Shown here piece after piece: positions 38,768 through 51,250 of a stretch of 64,000 nucleotides of DNA. Under the pieces are notes generated by a model that was given only the letters and a program-made list of their open reading frames with translations, was not told the origin of the DNA and did not search any database. The stretch comes from Phoronis australis. Lineage: Eukaryota > Animalia > Phoronida. Position numbers and translations under genes: made by a program. The stretch covers positions 193,942-257,941 of the forward strand of contig NMRA01000406.1 in the NCBI GenBank assembly GCA_002633005.1. The letters are read 5' to 3'. Each line of letters opens with the position of its first letter. Within the stretch, counting starts at the first letter, position 1.

Positions 38768-40182
38768 CTTGAAATATAAATTTGAACTCATTTCTAACAA
38801 TGTTGTACATAGGAATTTTAATGAAAATGTTGAGATTGACATGAATTTTACATTGTTTTGAATGAAAATATATGCCAAGCTATAAACATCCAAAAATGCT
38901 GAAGAACCCTACCCTTCCATTCTGTCCCTGTAGGGTGGGACACATTCAAAGTTGACATGCACTGCCCTAGTCATGGTCTACTTCTTATGTCAAATTTCAT
39001 CCCAACCAGGGACTTATGATATGTCGAGCAGACAGGACAATCCGACAAATGGCCACTAGGGAGTGCTGAAGAGGCCAAATTACCTGAAAATTGACTCATG
39101 CCAGCACAACGCCATCACTTACCTCTGAGTCAAGTTTTACTGAAATGCAGATTGGTTGTCTAGATATTGTTATGTAGGTGGTAACACAGTAAATTGGTAT
39201 AACACGTTTATTGCTTGTTGGAAGATGATAACTACATATAATACGGAAATACTAGTAAATAGGTCTATACACTACGGAGCCCTTTGCCACACTGACTGTA
39301 GAATCTAAGTGAGTCATCTCTGAGACTCGTGGCTTCAATGTTCGTGGTTGGCACACCTTCTAATGGTGTGTGGTTGGCACACCAGATATCATCCAGAAAT
39401 GCTCTTTCTCAAAGATCAAAATAGCCGCAAGTCTATAGATTGCGAACTCAAAGCAACTCAAATTCAACTCTAAACAATTCTGATGAAGTGACCCTGATTT
39501 TCCAGCATAGCAAAAATTAACGTGTCTAGGGCGACACTTTCATGTCATCCACACGGTGTAATGTATGAAAAAATAGGCAAATTTTGAAAAAGCTCAAAAT
39601 ACAGAAAAATAGGACTTTTTAGTTAGGAATACTGAAGTTTTTGAGCGTTAGGTGCACCATTAGGTCGTAACCTACCCTGTACATCAAGGGCCAATGGTTA
39701 AGACAAACGGATACTATGAACACACAAACACACACGAACACACAAGTTGAACTACTGTCACTCATTTAAGGTTTATTCCCATGGAATTTAAATGAAGACA
39801 TCAAAAATAAGGCGCTAGTGTTCAACCCAAGTCAACAAAATACAGTCGGCTGGGGTCAGTAGTTCAAAGGTCAAAATGAGCATTAACCTAAACAGCTAAG
39901 ATGATAACTTCAACAGTACTCTCACTAGAATACCTCAAAAACAACACCAACAAGTACTTACATTGTGCCAGACAGTAGAACTGTGTATATCCAACTGAGA
40001 GAAGATCAACCGTTATTGTGGCTTTTAGAACTTATTAAACATCACCAAACATTATAAAAGGAAAACATTAAAAACCTGACAACTCAATATTAGAACACAG
40101 TGAAGGCAGATCACTAGCAAGAAACTTAGAGACACTTTCTTCAATTTTCCAAAAACTGAGAAACCAATTTCAGCAATAAATA

Positions 40183-41565
40183 TCAGGTGTCATAAAAAAG
40201 TGAGACACTTTTTGACAAGTAATTTCTCAACAACTGACACACCGAATTTGTTAAAATTTTTCACAATGTATCTTCAGGGTGTCTACCGATGAAGTACTGT
40301 GAAATTCAAAACATTTGGGTGAAAAATGCAATATCACAATTGAGACTTTCATCATGTTCAAGTTGTGCTGGCATCGGTCAGTCAAAAAAATTGCCTGCCT
40401 GGGCCTCAAGTCTACTGTTTTTTATATTGTCAGAACTGTAAAATCAGTTCTGGCCAATATTCCGGTTTGTAACAATGCCTTTCAGTGAAAGTGATACGTT
40501 TACAATTGAAACCTGTTTCAAGAAGAAAGAGCGGAGCAGAAAAAGAATCGTAAGGGAGTAACCAGGAAAAGGGTGGAGTCGTGCGACCATAAATCGACTT
40601 CTAGCTAAAATACCCAACACAGGCTTTGTTGTGCGTAAAAGGGGCAGTGGGAGACACAAGAGTACATGTTGGAAAGAAAACGAGGATTGTGCTGAGGAAC
40701 TGAATCAATCCCAGGACAACCCGGGGAATCACAAATCTCTGAGAAAAGTCGCAAGGGATTTACAAGAGAGCAAGTCTTCTGTGCAAAGAATGGCGAAAAA
40801 ACTGGAGTTGAAACCCTTCAAAAGAACGTGGGTATCAAGGAGAGGTCAAAATGTTAGATGGAAAAGAAAAACTCGATGTCGTTACTTTAAGCTAGAAATC
40901 GCTAAAAATCACCAAAAAAAGTAATGGTTTCCGCTGAAAATCAAATATTCATTGTATTGACACTGATAGAGCCAAAGTTGACAGTCAATGCTACATGCAG
41001 TTATTGGATGAAAACCTTCTCCCAGATTGCAGGCGACTTTATCCTGGAAACACTTACGTGTTTCAGCAAGACAGATCTCCTTCACACACGAACAAGATAA
41101 CCCAAGCACATCTGGAGGAGGCCACACCAAAATTCATTAAAAAGGATGAGTGGCCACCGCTCAGTCCTGACTGCAGTCCAATGGACTATGCCATATGGGA
41201 CTCTCTGAAGGAGAATGTTTACTGGGAAATGAGAGGCAAATTGACTGAGCAGGAGTTATAAGACAGGATAATTATGTCATGGGAGGAAATCTCGATGGAA
41301 GAAATACGGAAAAGCATTTCAGGTTGGAAGAAACGGCTCCGGTTAGTCGTGGAGGAAGATGGCGGGCACATTGAGCATACACTAAAATTAGTGAGCTTTT
41401 TGGACCTGATGTTTTTAATTTGACAGTTCTCGCACAATTAGACTTAGACATTTTGTACATTTGTTGATGATATCCTAAGATTCATCTGTGAGAAATTTGA
41501 AAAAATCGGTTAGTCTGTTGCTGAGAAATTACATGTAAAAAAGTGGTTTATTTTTTGACACCTAA
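40183..41565 (+). mobile_element. Degenerate Tc1/mariner DNA transposon, DD37D (maT) family
   Basis: Imperfect ~80-bp TIRs (caggtgtcataaaaaagtgagacactttt...gtaatttctcaacaac versus the reverse complement of the right end), TA on both flanks. Transposase fragment VFQQD-x37-DYAIW containing WPPLSPDCSPMDY. Stops and frameshifts present. Confidence 0.9.
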
Positions 41566-42038
41566 TATACATTCCATTTTTTCAGATTTGTAAATTGACT
41601 AAGTCCATTTTACTAGTTTAAAGTAACAAATAGCGCAAAAGTAATTAATTGGATATTGCCTTATTTTTACGATGGATTGAACTGATTATGCTGATGAATT
41701 GCTACATGGTATGTTTTTATTGTTTCTTTAAACTGGAAAAAGAACAGTGCCACCTACAGAAACAATGAGCAACTACAACTGCAAAATGATTGTTGGACGA
41801 TTTTGGCCACAATTGTAAAATTTGATGGATTGTATTCCTAATTTTTGGAAATTAATAAGGAAAATGCTAGAATTACAGTATCTCTTATTGAAACACGAAA
41901 ATTCCATTCGAAATCTCCAATTCCATTAAAGTGAGATTCTGCCAAATTTCACTTGTTTCACGTTATCCCAGAAAACCAGAGTTTCTCACATCGCTGTAAG
42001 TGCTGTATACTAAATGTAGACAAAAATAAACAAACTGC

Positions 42039-42180
42039 AGGTGTCACTGTTGTACAAGTATATACTATGACCAGACAAAGGTGTTAATGTTGCACATGTA
42101 TATACTACGACTTGACTGAGGGTGTTACTATTGTACAAGTATGTATTACGACCATATTTAAGGTGTCACTGATGTACAGA
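42039..42180. repeat. ~40-bp degenerate tandem repeat (ggtgtcactgttgtacaagtatatactatgac)
   Basis: 3-4 imperfect copies. Confidence 0.7.
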
Positions 42181-42328
42181 AAAACATTCAACAGAACAAA
42201 ATAATGCAGAGCATAAAAACAGGCACAGGGCTGTGGAGAGGAAGAGACAACAGGCAGGGTGGGGTACATGTCCTGACCAGACACCTCCCTCCAGCCACAA
42301 ACTAAGCGTGGACCACAAATACACCTAC

Positions 42329-42520
42329 CTCCTCCCAGTGACTTTCATCATCAGTCTGCATGTCCAGTGACAAAGAACATGTTGACATATCTGAGTCTAT
42401 AGAGTGAGTATCTTCATCAAAGCCAAACGACGTTTCACGTATACCAGCTGCCCTCTGTTGAGCGCGAGTCGCTCTTCGTCTCCTGTGCTGTTGCAAAATG
42501 TCTACTCGACGGTCTTTCTC
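42329..42520 (-). CDS. JAKMIP: JAKMIP-like exon: EKDRRVDILQQH...RETSFGFDEDTHSIDSDMS...HWEE
   Basis: ttttgcAG acceptor, GAG|GTaggt donor; 192 nt. ETSFGFDED matches the conserved JAKMIP motif ETFFGFDEE. Confidence 0.9.
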
Positions 42521-43129
42521 CTGCAAAACAACACTTTTATTATTGACATAACATAAACACTTCAGATACCACACAGACCAAATTTTACAGCCACGTTTCA
42601 CCTTTGTTTACTCTTGGAACTTCTTAATTTTTCAAAAACACAATTTTAACAGCAGGACACCCTTTTTAGCGTCACCTAATACTTAGGAAACTATCGAGTT
42701 GACAAATGCTCTGTTTCCGAGAGGGAGTCGTAATACAAATGTATGTTTCAAAAAGTGTAAAAATCACGCTTTACTATCTGAAATTATTGATATGGTCCAA
42801 TGGGAAGCACACCAAGTTGAGCTGATTAGCAAGTGTAGTCGTCAACTTATTTGAAAACATCTTTTCCTTTACTAAACCTGCTCATTCAAGTTTTGTTTTT
42901 AACAGACCATGAGCCAAGATGTACAATCTTACTGGCACTAGGTGGCGCAATACTCACTGCAATCAACTAAAGACTACATTTTGTAAATTTGTGCTTGACA
43001 GGTACACACCTTACTAAAAGGTAACAAGATTTTTCAACTGTAGAGAGAGGAAGTCAAAACATATTAAGTTGATAATTGTAACATTAGGAATTTTAAGTTT
43101 CGTGTTAGCCAAAAACAACTGTCCAGTAC

Positions 43130-43300
43130 CAAGCATGCCTGTCGGAGGGCATTGATGGTTTTGAGCTGTTCATTTCTTGTCTGCTTTAGTTCATCCACTT
43201 CATCCATCAAACTGACTACAGTGTCTGAGTGGTGGTGGTCAGTCTCTTGCTGCTGTCTCAGCTGGTCAGCCCGCCGCTTAGACTGTTCAGTCTTATGTTT
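43130..43300 (-). CDS. JAKMIP: JAKMIP-like exon: KHKTEQSKRRADQLRQQQETDHHHSDTVVSLMDEVDELKQTRNEQLKTINALRQACL
   Basis: ctatAG acceptor, TTG|GTactg donor; 171 nt, open in phase 0, coiled-coil composition. Not in the ORF track. Confidence 0.8.
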
Positions 43301-43989
43301 CTATAGTAAGAAGAGCACAGTCACCTTTTAAGTGTTTTTGTTGACTGACTTTCTACATTTATTACCCAGAAGATCAGTTTATGGAAAAAATAGTGCCTGT
43401 GAACTGTTAGCAGGCAATGCATAGTAACATATTATTTAATAAAAATGTCAAGTGGGTGAACCAGTTTTTAGGTGGTAAATTTGGTAGAGTTGAGTTACCA
43501 AGAATGATTTTTTGTACCCAGTGTCAGTCATGGTTACAGCACCTATAATTTAGAGCCTCAGTATCATTTTCGATAATAGTTAAAAATCCTGCGCTAGGTG
43601 GATGACCTAAAAAATAAATATTGGGTAAGATAACATTGAAATGTTGTAAAATTTCTGTTGTTAATTTAATTTGACAATGCAAACCTTAGTCTGGAAAACA
43701 AAACTGCTTACTGTAGGTACCAGTTTAAATATTATTCATCAAATTATTTTTTAACCCCATGAGATCATTCAAATATAACACAAATGAATTTGCAAATGTT
43801 TAAAAAGTAAACAATTAAACTTAGTTGTTAATACAAATGTTGTAACTACTACAACAGATGTATTTAAGAAAGACCCAAGTTGGGCATATCCACCTTAGGT
43901 ACGTTTTACTACACATTTTAAAAAATTGTGACGTGACACCATGTCTGCCATGTATACAAGACTAAATGCACATTACAACTTGTGCCTAC

Positions 43990-44136
43990 TAGTTTCTTTG
44001 CTTCTTCTGTAAGTTTCTGTATCTTCTCCTCTAAACTCTTATTGATTGCCGTCAATTCCATGTTCTTCTCCAAGAACCGTTTGTTCTTGTCCTGAAGGGG
44101 TCTCTGCCGTCTCTCCATCTCTTTAATCCGTTTCAA
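43990..44136 (-). CDS. JAKMIP: JAKMIP-like exon: LKRIKEMERRQRPLQDKNKRFLEKNMELTAINKSLEEKIQKLTEEAKKL
   Basis: ttctccAG acceptor, CTA|GTaggc donor; 147 nt. Similar to JAKMIP1 LKRSRETEVQLKPLVEKNKRMNKKNEDLLQSIQRMEEKIKNLTREN. Confidence 0.92.
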
Positions 44137-45156
44137 CTGGAGAACGAATCAGATTAAACAAGTTGTAACTTGTTATTTCAAATTTGACAAACAACTGGCC
44201 TCCAGTGAAAATTTCGAATTAATTAATAAAAAATCACAACAAGCCTAAAATGAACTTTGGTTCCATAAATACTCAGGCTGGTTATGAGCAGGTGAGCTAA
44301 ATGTAATGAATAACAGAGAACACAGCTTTTGAAGTGAGTGTTCTTTGAAACTTCGCACCTACAGCTGCAGTCATTTATACACATTGAAGAGCTCTTCGTA
44401 ATACATCACATTGACCAAAACATGCAAAGCATCTATAGTTGCCCACAGTGCACCACAAAAGGTATATTTCTACAGGTGTTTATGCCTTCATGCAAGGTAC
44501 AAGGAAACAACAATTGTGCCACAAGGGAGAGCTGCAATAGTCAGAATGACACAACATAGTTTGAACAAGGAGCTTTAAACAGTACTTTATCAGAAAACTC
44601 TATGAACTTTCAATGGTCACAGAAGAGGATGATTAGGAAGGCCATTCCGCGCATTGTCACAATGATGATACAAGGCGTGTTCCCTTTAGTGACCCACGTC
44701 ACTGGTGTAGTATTTTTGACTAGAAATCTTCCAATGGAATGAAAATAGTGAATTCTATCCCATAAGGTAAGGTCCCAAGTATACTCTCAAGGAATACTTG
44801 ACTTTCACTCACACAAGTGGTCTAAATAAATCCCTGTTCTAGCAAAATATGTCTCTCACTAGAACAGAAAATCCCCACGACAACGCGCATCAGGCTCACG
44901 AGACAGGTGCGCTCCGGCTCTGGCAACAAAACTGTCAGAACAGAACTATTTTATGCACAGTGCTCCAATATGAGTCAGATAAAACATGCAATAGTTGGCT
45001 ATGTAGTAATTGCGCCACAGCATGTTGCAAATATTAATCTTAATCAACTTTGTGACTGAAAAGAAATATGATGATCATTAGAAAGTGGGCTTTTCTACTC
45101 ATAGGACAAGTTTCAGATTTCATCTCAGCATACGCAACTGCTATTTGAAGTCTCAC

Positions 45157-45282
45157 CAAGTTTTCTTTATCACCAACTAGAGCTGTATTGTTCTTTTCAA
45201 GCTTCTGGATGTGACATTTCATGTCCGTTACCATGGATTCCAGTGAGGCTATCTTCTCAGTCATTTTGTGTTGTTGCAACAG
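45157..45282 (-). CDS. JAKMIP: JAKMIP-like exon: LLQQHKMTEKIASLESMVTDMKCHIQKLEKNNTALVGDKENL
   Basis: gttttAG acceptor, TTG|GTgaga donor; 126 nt. Similar to JAKMIP1 KIAELNSVIRKLEDRNTLLADERNEL. Confidence 0.88.
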
Positions 45283-45347
45283 CTAAAACAAACAAGGAAC
45301 CACCGTGAAACACAAGGTGTCACTAGAAGACAGTGTGAATACAGCAC

Positions 45348-48300
45348 ACATCACAAATTTTTGTCCGACCGGTCGGAAATTGGTCGACGACCGGCCGTCC
45401 ACCGGTCGGCAAATTAGCCAACCGGTCTGCTAAAAATTAGCCGACCGGCAGCCGGCCGCAGTGCCGACTCATAAGGCGACTCCTCAGCTGACCCTTCAGC
45501 CGACCGGCCATCAGCCGACCAGCTGGTCGGCTGCTATTTTTAGGCTAGAGTAGCAGTTGCGTAATAGGTTGTCAGGCTGATACCACTTTGTGTGTCGATG
45601 CATATCCGTCTTAGCACAGGGTCAAATAAATTAACCTACTTTTACTGTCTCCGTTACATGAGTTCGCATCAGTTGTGTAACACCCCACTAATTCGAAGGT
45701 TGAAGGCAAGCGGTAATATTGAATTATAGACAGTGCAACAAGTTTTGGATAAAAAACATGAAAGTTTTCTTTACATTTGATCTTTAATTTGCATCCTGAC
45801 GTTAACAAGCTGCATTCGATTGGCTGTTTCCCGGTCAATACAACTCTGTAGTCATTGTTTTTTGTTTGTGTTACGCCGAACTGCATCTTTTTTAAAATTC
45901 TCCACGGGTCTCCTATCACATGCCCGTGATGATAGGATAGTGAGTTGTTACACCTAAGAGCTCTCAGTGAGGCATTTTTATTTTCATATGATTAACCCTT
46001 GCAGTACATGCGCGAACTTCACGGTCCAGTATGCCCTAAACCCACGGACTTCCATGGCTCTAACTTCGAAATCATATGGTCACGATTTCCACGAACTTAG
46101 ACAGTGACATCAAACACGGAACAACCTTTGCGCATTCCGTTTTTAGTGCATCGGTGACGTTAAAATCTGCGCTAGCTACATGTATCAGTTCTTCGATCAC
46201 GTTGTTCCAAAAAATAAATATTTTCTATCAACAACATATTGACAAATTATGTAAAATAAAACGAGTTTAAACGGGAAGATGTGAATACGTGGTGAAGAGG
46301 TATTTGTCTCTACACGGCATATGTGCATGAATCTTTGGTAAAGCGATTGCGATGTCGAAAAAATGATAGAAAATAAACCAAGGTGCAGAATAATTCTTCT
46401 GTGTTCAGCTGTAGGAAGACCTACAACATTTGTTTGAAACAGCGCTCAATCTTAAAAAATTCCAGCATGAGAGCGTTTTATCAGAAATGCCAAGCACATA
46501 CAGCGTTGTAAGACAGAGACGTTGGCGTTTCCGTATGTCCACAAAAGTGCTTTGAGCAGTGTGTAAAAATCTGTTCATTTCGCTTTTCTACACTGACGAA
46601 TACGGCCTACACAGTGTTTTAAAAAAGTCCACTTTTGAGGGCTTTTTCAAAAATTAATATGTTTGGTTGAAGCATTCAGAGAGTCGGTACCCACGTCGTA
46701 CACCAAATGTACGCATTGGCTGAAAACGTATTCGCGTAAAGAAAGAGTTGCGTTTTCAAAACTCAGAGTCGCGTGTTGTCAGGACCCTACATTAATAAAC
46801 TGAGGCCAAGTACAAAACACCTCTTCAAAATTTAGATAAACAAAGTTTACGGCATACTGATTACAGGATCACTGAATCGGAGCACGTTCTTAGGCATACG
46901 TATATTGTAATATCGGTTGAATTATATGTTATAACTGTAAATAGCGCGTACGCGTACAATAAGCCATTCACTTTTATATCTGATCACAATTGTTCCCCTA
47001 CTTTGAAAACAAACAATCGTTTAGATACTTTTCGGAAAGAACGTGAACTAAAATGATAGGACAAACCCTACATACCATAGTCCAGATTCTACATCAGTTC
47101 GAAGACCGCTTTTGTGAGAAAGAAACTCTCAACAGGAGAAGTTTGTAATGACATGTAAATAAATGTAACTTTTGCCCCTTAGAGTAGACGCGAAACGCTA
47201 AGTATTGTGTTCTTACTCCAAAGGGCTCAGCCTTGGTGCGAAGCTGTTTACTAAATTAAATATACAACTTTGCGCCGTTGTGGGTAAAAACTGACCGAAA
47301 ATTATATACCGGCATTGCAAAAATTACTTTTCTACAATTATTCTGCTGCCAAAATTGTGGTGTGATATTTTGCGTCAACTTTCGGCGCAATGAAGCATTG
47401 CGTCACCAATTACCCAGCTTCTTTTTCCCAGATTCTTCAACCAAACGTTCTCCCTCGAGGTTGCATAAACGTCACAACAAATGATTAGAATTGGTTTCAC
47501 TTCATTATATGTTTTTGGAATTTTTTAAACCGAATTTTAGAACAAATTTTGCTGCGATATGGTCATCATGTAATGGGAGATGTCGAAAAAAATTCTGTAA
47601 GTGGCGCGTGTCACGAATGTACTACTTTCAAAAGACGACATAAATTTCTTTGTTACCAATGCAGAGAATTACGCAAGAAAATGACGTCGGATATTTTTCG
47701 CTTAAACGGCCTTAACGAGCAAGGTGAATGTCAATTGAGTTCCAGATTTTGCATGCACACCCGCCGGTCTTTAGCTCATGTTGATACAAGCTTCACGACG
47801 AGGTTACGAGTGTGTTTATTCGGGCTGTGTGCAATTTCGAGGTCTGTCGAAGCTCACAGTGGCACCTTGCAGTATTTTTACTATAGTCTTCATACAGCTA
47901 GCTGGCTAGATAGGAAGGCTCTAGCTTCGAAACAATTTTTTCCTCCAAAAGTGACAACAAATCCTTTTTCATGCTCCCATGATCTTAATCTCTGCGCTAT
48001 GCCGTTAAAACCATTGTTTATGTTGTTCTTAAAATAAAATTTTGTTCTACTGCTGTACCAACATATTAAGAAATTGTACAAAAATAAACAATAATTATCT
48101 GTGGTAAAGCGAATTATACAGCGTGATGAAGTGATGATCAAGAGCAATAACAGATGAGAGTGAATGCGTGCTGCTTGTAGTGAGCATTCCGCGGCATGAA
48201 AACACTTGAGGTCATAAAACAGCCAGCATTGTATTCTTATTTCTGTGCAATTTTACTGTAAAATTTCAAATTTCTTGCTTGTTTTTCTGTATAATGTACT

Positions 48301-48775
48301 GTATAAAAAGTCTCATACTAAGAGACAGAAATTATACTTTCGCGATATCACTTAACGTTTAATTTTACCACGCCGTCAGTAATTTAACATAAAATTTACG
48401 TTGGTGTAATGTCACGCACTTCGTATTTGTTATTTGATTTGATTTTACCACCTTTTAATAGTTGAGTTAAAGTTGATAAACCGATGTCAAGACCGGAGTT
48501 GCCACTGGTGAACGAACAGCGAACAGCTAAACGTTTGTTTGGCCATAGTTCACCCGCTAAGTCATAAAATGGTAATTGCCTACCAAGGACATGCTTAATC
48601 CGGATTGGTCGTCTACGCTAGGCGACCACTTAGCCGACCCAAGTGCCGACCACAGAGGCGACTCAGCAGATGGCTCCCAGCCGACCGTTGTTGGTCGGCT
48701 GCTGGTCGGCTAGACGACCGAGCGACAGCTGGTCGTCAACCAATTTCCGACCGGTCAGACAAAAATTCGTGATGT
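45348..48775. mobile_element. 3.4-kb non-autonomous TIR DNA transposon with subterminal GCCGACC/GGTCGGC repeats (CACTA/EnSpm-like architecture)
   Basis: Left acatcacaaatttttgtccgaccggtcggaaattggtcgacgacc matches the reverse complement of the right end over ~45 bp with 3 mismatches. Many gccgacc copies near both ends; possible 2-bp AC TSD; CpG-rich interior with no transposase ORF. Confidence 0.8.
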
Positions 48776-49018
48776 ACCTGCACTGACAGCCCAGGTATAG
48801 GGCTACGTGAAATGGAATAGTTTGTTACAAGCTGCCAATCCAAACCAACATTATCCATGATACACCACCTAGCCAACTGCCCCAGAACATGTAACAGGTA
48901 ATGCCCAACACATCAGTACATTAGACAGCACGTATTATTGAAGTTCTAAAATATCAAACTCTTGATGAAAGGAAAACTAAATAGCCGCTCAGCAGCACCC
49001 AATGACTTCAGTCCTTAC

Positions 49019-49213
49019 TGAAAAGTTTGTTCCATCAGTCATGCTTCCCCCTATGTCACCAACAGACTGATTCTGAGCTCCTGATAACTGTGCACTTTCA
49101 GACAACACTCCATGGCGCCTATCGTCCATATCCACCTCAGAAGTTGGGCTAGTCACTTCCCCATCCATCTCCAGATGACTAGGTAGCCTCTCCTTCCCTG
49201 GCAGTCCTTTAGC
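49019..49213 (-). CDS. JAKMIP: JAKMIP-like exon (low-complexity linker): AKGLPGKERLPSHLEMDGEVTSPTSEVDMDDRRHGVLSESAQLSGAQNQSVGDIGGSMTDGTNFS
   Basis: tttgtttAG acceptor, TCA|GTaagg donor; 195 nt, open in phase 0, more GC-rich than its flanks. No motif-level homology recognised. Confidence 0.72.
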
Positions 49214-49310
49214 CTAAACAAAACAGATGTCCCATAGGCTTAGTGTCAAGGTCATTTACAGCATGAGCAGTTAGTTGGTGAAACAAAATCCTAATGTCAT
49301 CACAGGGTAT

Positions 49311-49814
49311 AGGGCCTTTCATACTAACGTCGACGCGTCGATTTTTTGGGGAGTTGCGGTCAGTATGAACGCTTAACTCTGGTCCTGCATCGCAGTTAAC
49401 AGCTCCAGTTAACATCGCAGTTAACAGATGGATTTAAGACCGCAGCGTCGATGCTGCGGTGCAGTATGAACGCTAAACTCCGGTCCAATCGAAGTTATCG
49501 CCTGGTGCCACTGTTACTGTCAACAGTTACAGAATAGTGCCATCACTAATAACTACTTATTTTTGCTCTAATGATAACCAATCGATTTAAAAATGAGTTA
49601 AATGTCATTTAGCGCTGTAAATGCTCCCAAACTGCCACATTGAAAAAATCTTAGCATGCAGCGCTACCTTGCGATAACTTCGATGACGTCAGCATCACCA
49701 ACCCTTTACTTCGATGGTCATTAACTACCGAAGCCAGTATGAACGGTCCAGTCAACTGCGCTGTTTACGTCGACGCTCCGCTCAGACCGGAGTTAAGTCC
49801 ATATGAAAGGGCCT
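49311..49814. mobile_element. PIF/Harbinger-type MITE, copy 2 (CpG-rich)
   Basis: TIRs agggcctttcata / tatgaaagggcct, followed by TAA; internal agtatgaacg repeats; homologous to 10,896-11,358. Confidence 0.82.
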
Positions 49815-50798
49815 TAAGTTTCCAGATTTTTTAACCGTCGACCTGGGTCTGATTTATTTTTGGAATGTCCAATTGATTTTGCTTTAGGCCAGACATTTGG
49901 ACGATTCATTTCTGGGAACAGTGCTGGCAGAATACCCTTATGATTCACGGCAAAGAAAAACTCCATTTGGAAGTTGTTTGTTTTCTCGATTGCCAATTAA
50001 TTCGGGCCAAAGTTTGGTTGCCACGCTCCCAATGGTGAATTTTGTCCACTTGATTTTCGAAATGTTGACAGTTCAGGACAAATGTCCAAAAATAGCAAAA
50101 TCACTTCTTGACGCCATAATGACCCTTATAACCACCCAGGGCATAACAAGGTACTCAGCGGTTGCATGTACAGAAGAAATATTGACCATGTTAATCACTA
50201 GCCACACCAGTACAGTCCTTTCACACTGTTTCAAAAGCCAAGCCAAATCACACAACATGTGCATGAGTACCTGAGAGATGCAAACCAAATGAAGGGACAT
50301 CACACCAGTGAAGGAGAGAGCTGTGATGAACAGCTGTTCTTGTAAACACGAGACGTAGAGAGCTGGATTAATCGCAGGTTCTAAGTTACAAGATTTGCGA
50401 GAAATCATCAATACACAAAGAACTGTTTTTAACTAGTCCCTGTAGTATTTCCTTAGAAATTGTACATTGAGCCTTGAATACGGGGATCACCTGGCTGTCC
50501 TACTAAAAGGCTTAAATTTCAGTGTAAGTTTGTGTTGTCGCTCACTAACTATAACCTGCAGCCACTAGTCTTGTTGCTAGATGACCAGAGACTTTCACCA
50601 ACGATTGAATTTTCACACTCTCATATTACCCAAATTGTTGCCTAATCCTCAAAAAATGATTGTCACCAAAGTTTAACTATTTTTACAGAAGTCTATCTAT
50701 TAATGAATTTTATTTTATTTACTAAACAGCTGGGTTATCAGCTATTTGTAAACACTTGTAAAAATTTGATTGTTGGAACCATCGTTTAAGAGTAAATA

Positions 50799-51250
50799 CT
50801 GGTTCATCCTAAGGACAAGTCTGAGGATGCTGAAAATGTGGTGTAATCTACAACATGAGCTGCCCTGACTGAAATGCAAGCCACGTGGGTGAGACTGCTA
50901 GGAACCTCTGCAGTAGGGTTAAGAAACACCTGAGTACATCAACCAGCTCAGTGTCAGCGATTGGTGAACACTGTTTTCAGGCAACATCTGGTCGGATAAT
51001 GCTAACTTCATGGTGAGGGATACTGGTGCAGGAAGATAAGTGAAGCGGAGGAAATCCGCACGCTCCATCACTCAACAGAGACTCGGGCTACGACCTTCCT
51101 GCCATTTACCAGAATTTATTCCCTCAGACAATCCAACAGGGGTCACATCTCATGACACAAGACATTGATGACGTAACAGACACGGCGAAGCTCCAGTCAC
51201 CCGCTTTTCCACCTGACGAAGGTCTCAAGATGAGACCAAAAGCTAGAAGT
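50799..51250 (+). mobile_element. Penelope-like retroelement relic (Penelope/Poseidon type): GIY-YIG endonuclease plus 3' region
   Basis: Degenerate translation LVHPKDK...CGVIYNMSCPD*NASHVGETARNLCSRVKKHL...SAIGEHC...SLNRDSGYDLPAIY, typical of PLE GIY-YIG C-termini. Confidence 0.85.
51205..51250 (+). ncRNA. Degenerate minimal type I hammerhead ribozyme of the Penelope-like element
   Basis: CTGACGA-A-GGTCTC-aagat-GAGACC-AAAA-GCTA: core, perfect 6-bp helix II and palindromic AGCT helix III. The conserved GAAA reads AAAA. Confidence 0.65.

Noticed and set aside
46490-46570. Cys-containing peptide (VSVCPQKCFEQC) resembling a piggyBac C-terminal domain
   Set aside because: Too short, no upstream transposase ORF, and embedded in MITE-like sequence.
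47549-48037. 162-aa plus-strand ORF inside the TIR element
   Set aside because: TTG start and no recognisable transposase or other domain motifs.
50073-50411. 112-aa minus-strand ORF as an extra JAKMIP exon
   Set aside because: No coiled-coil character, no JAKMIP similarity and no clear acceptor.
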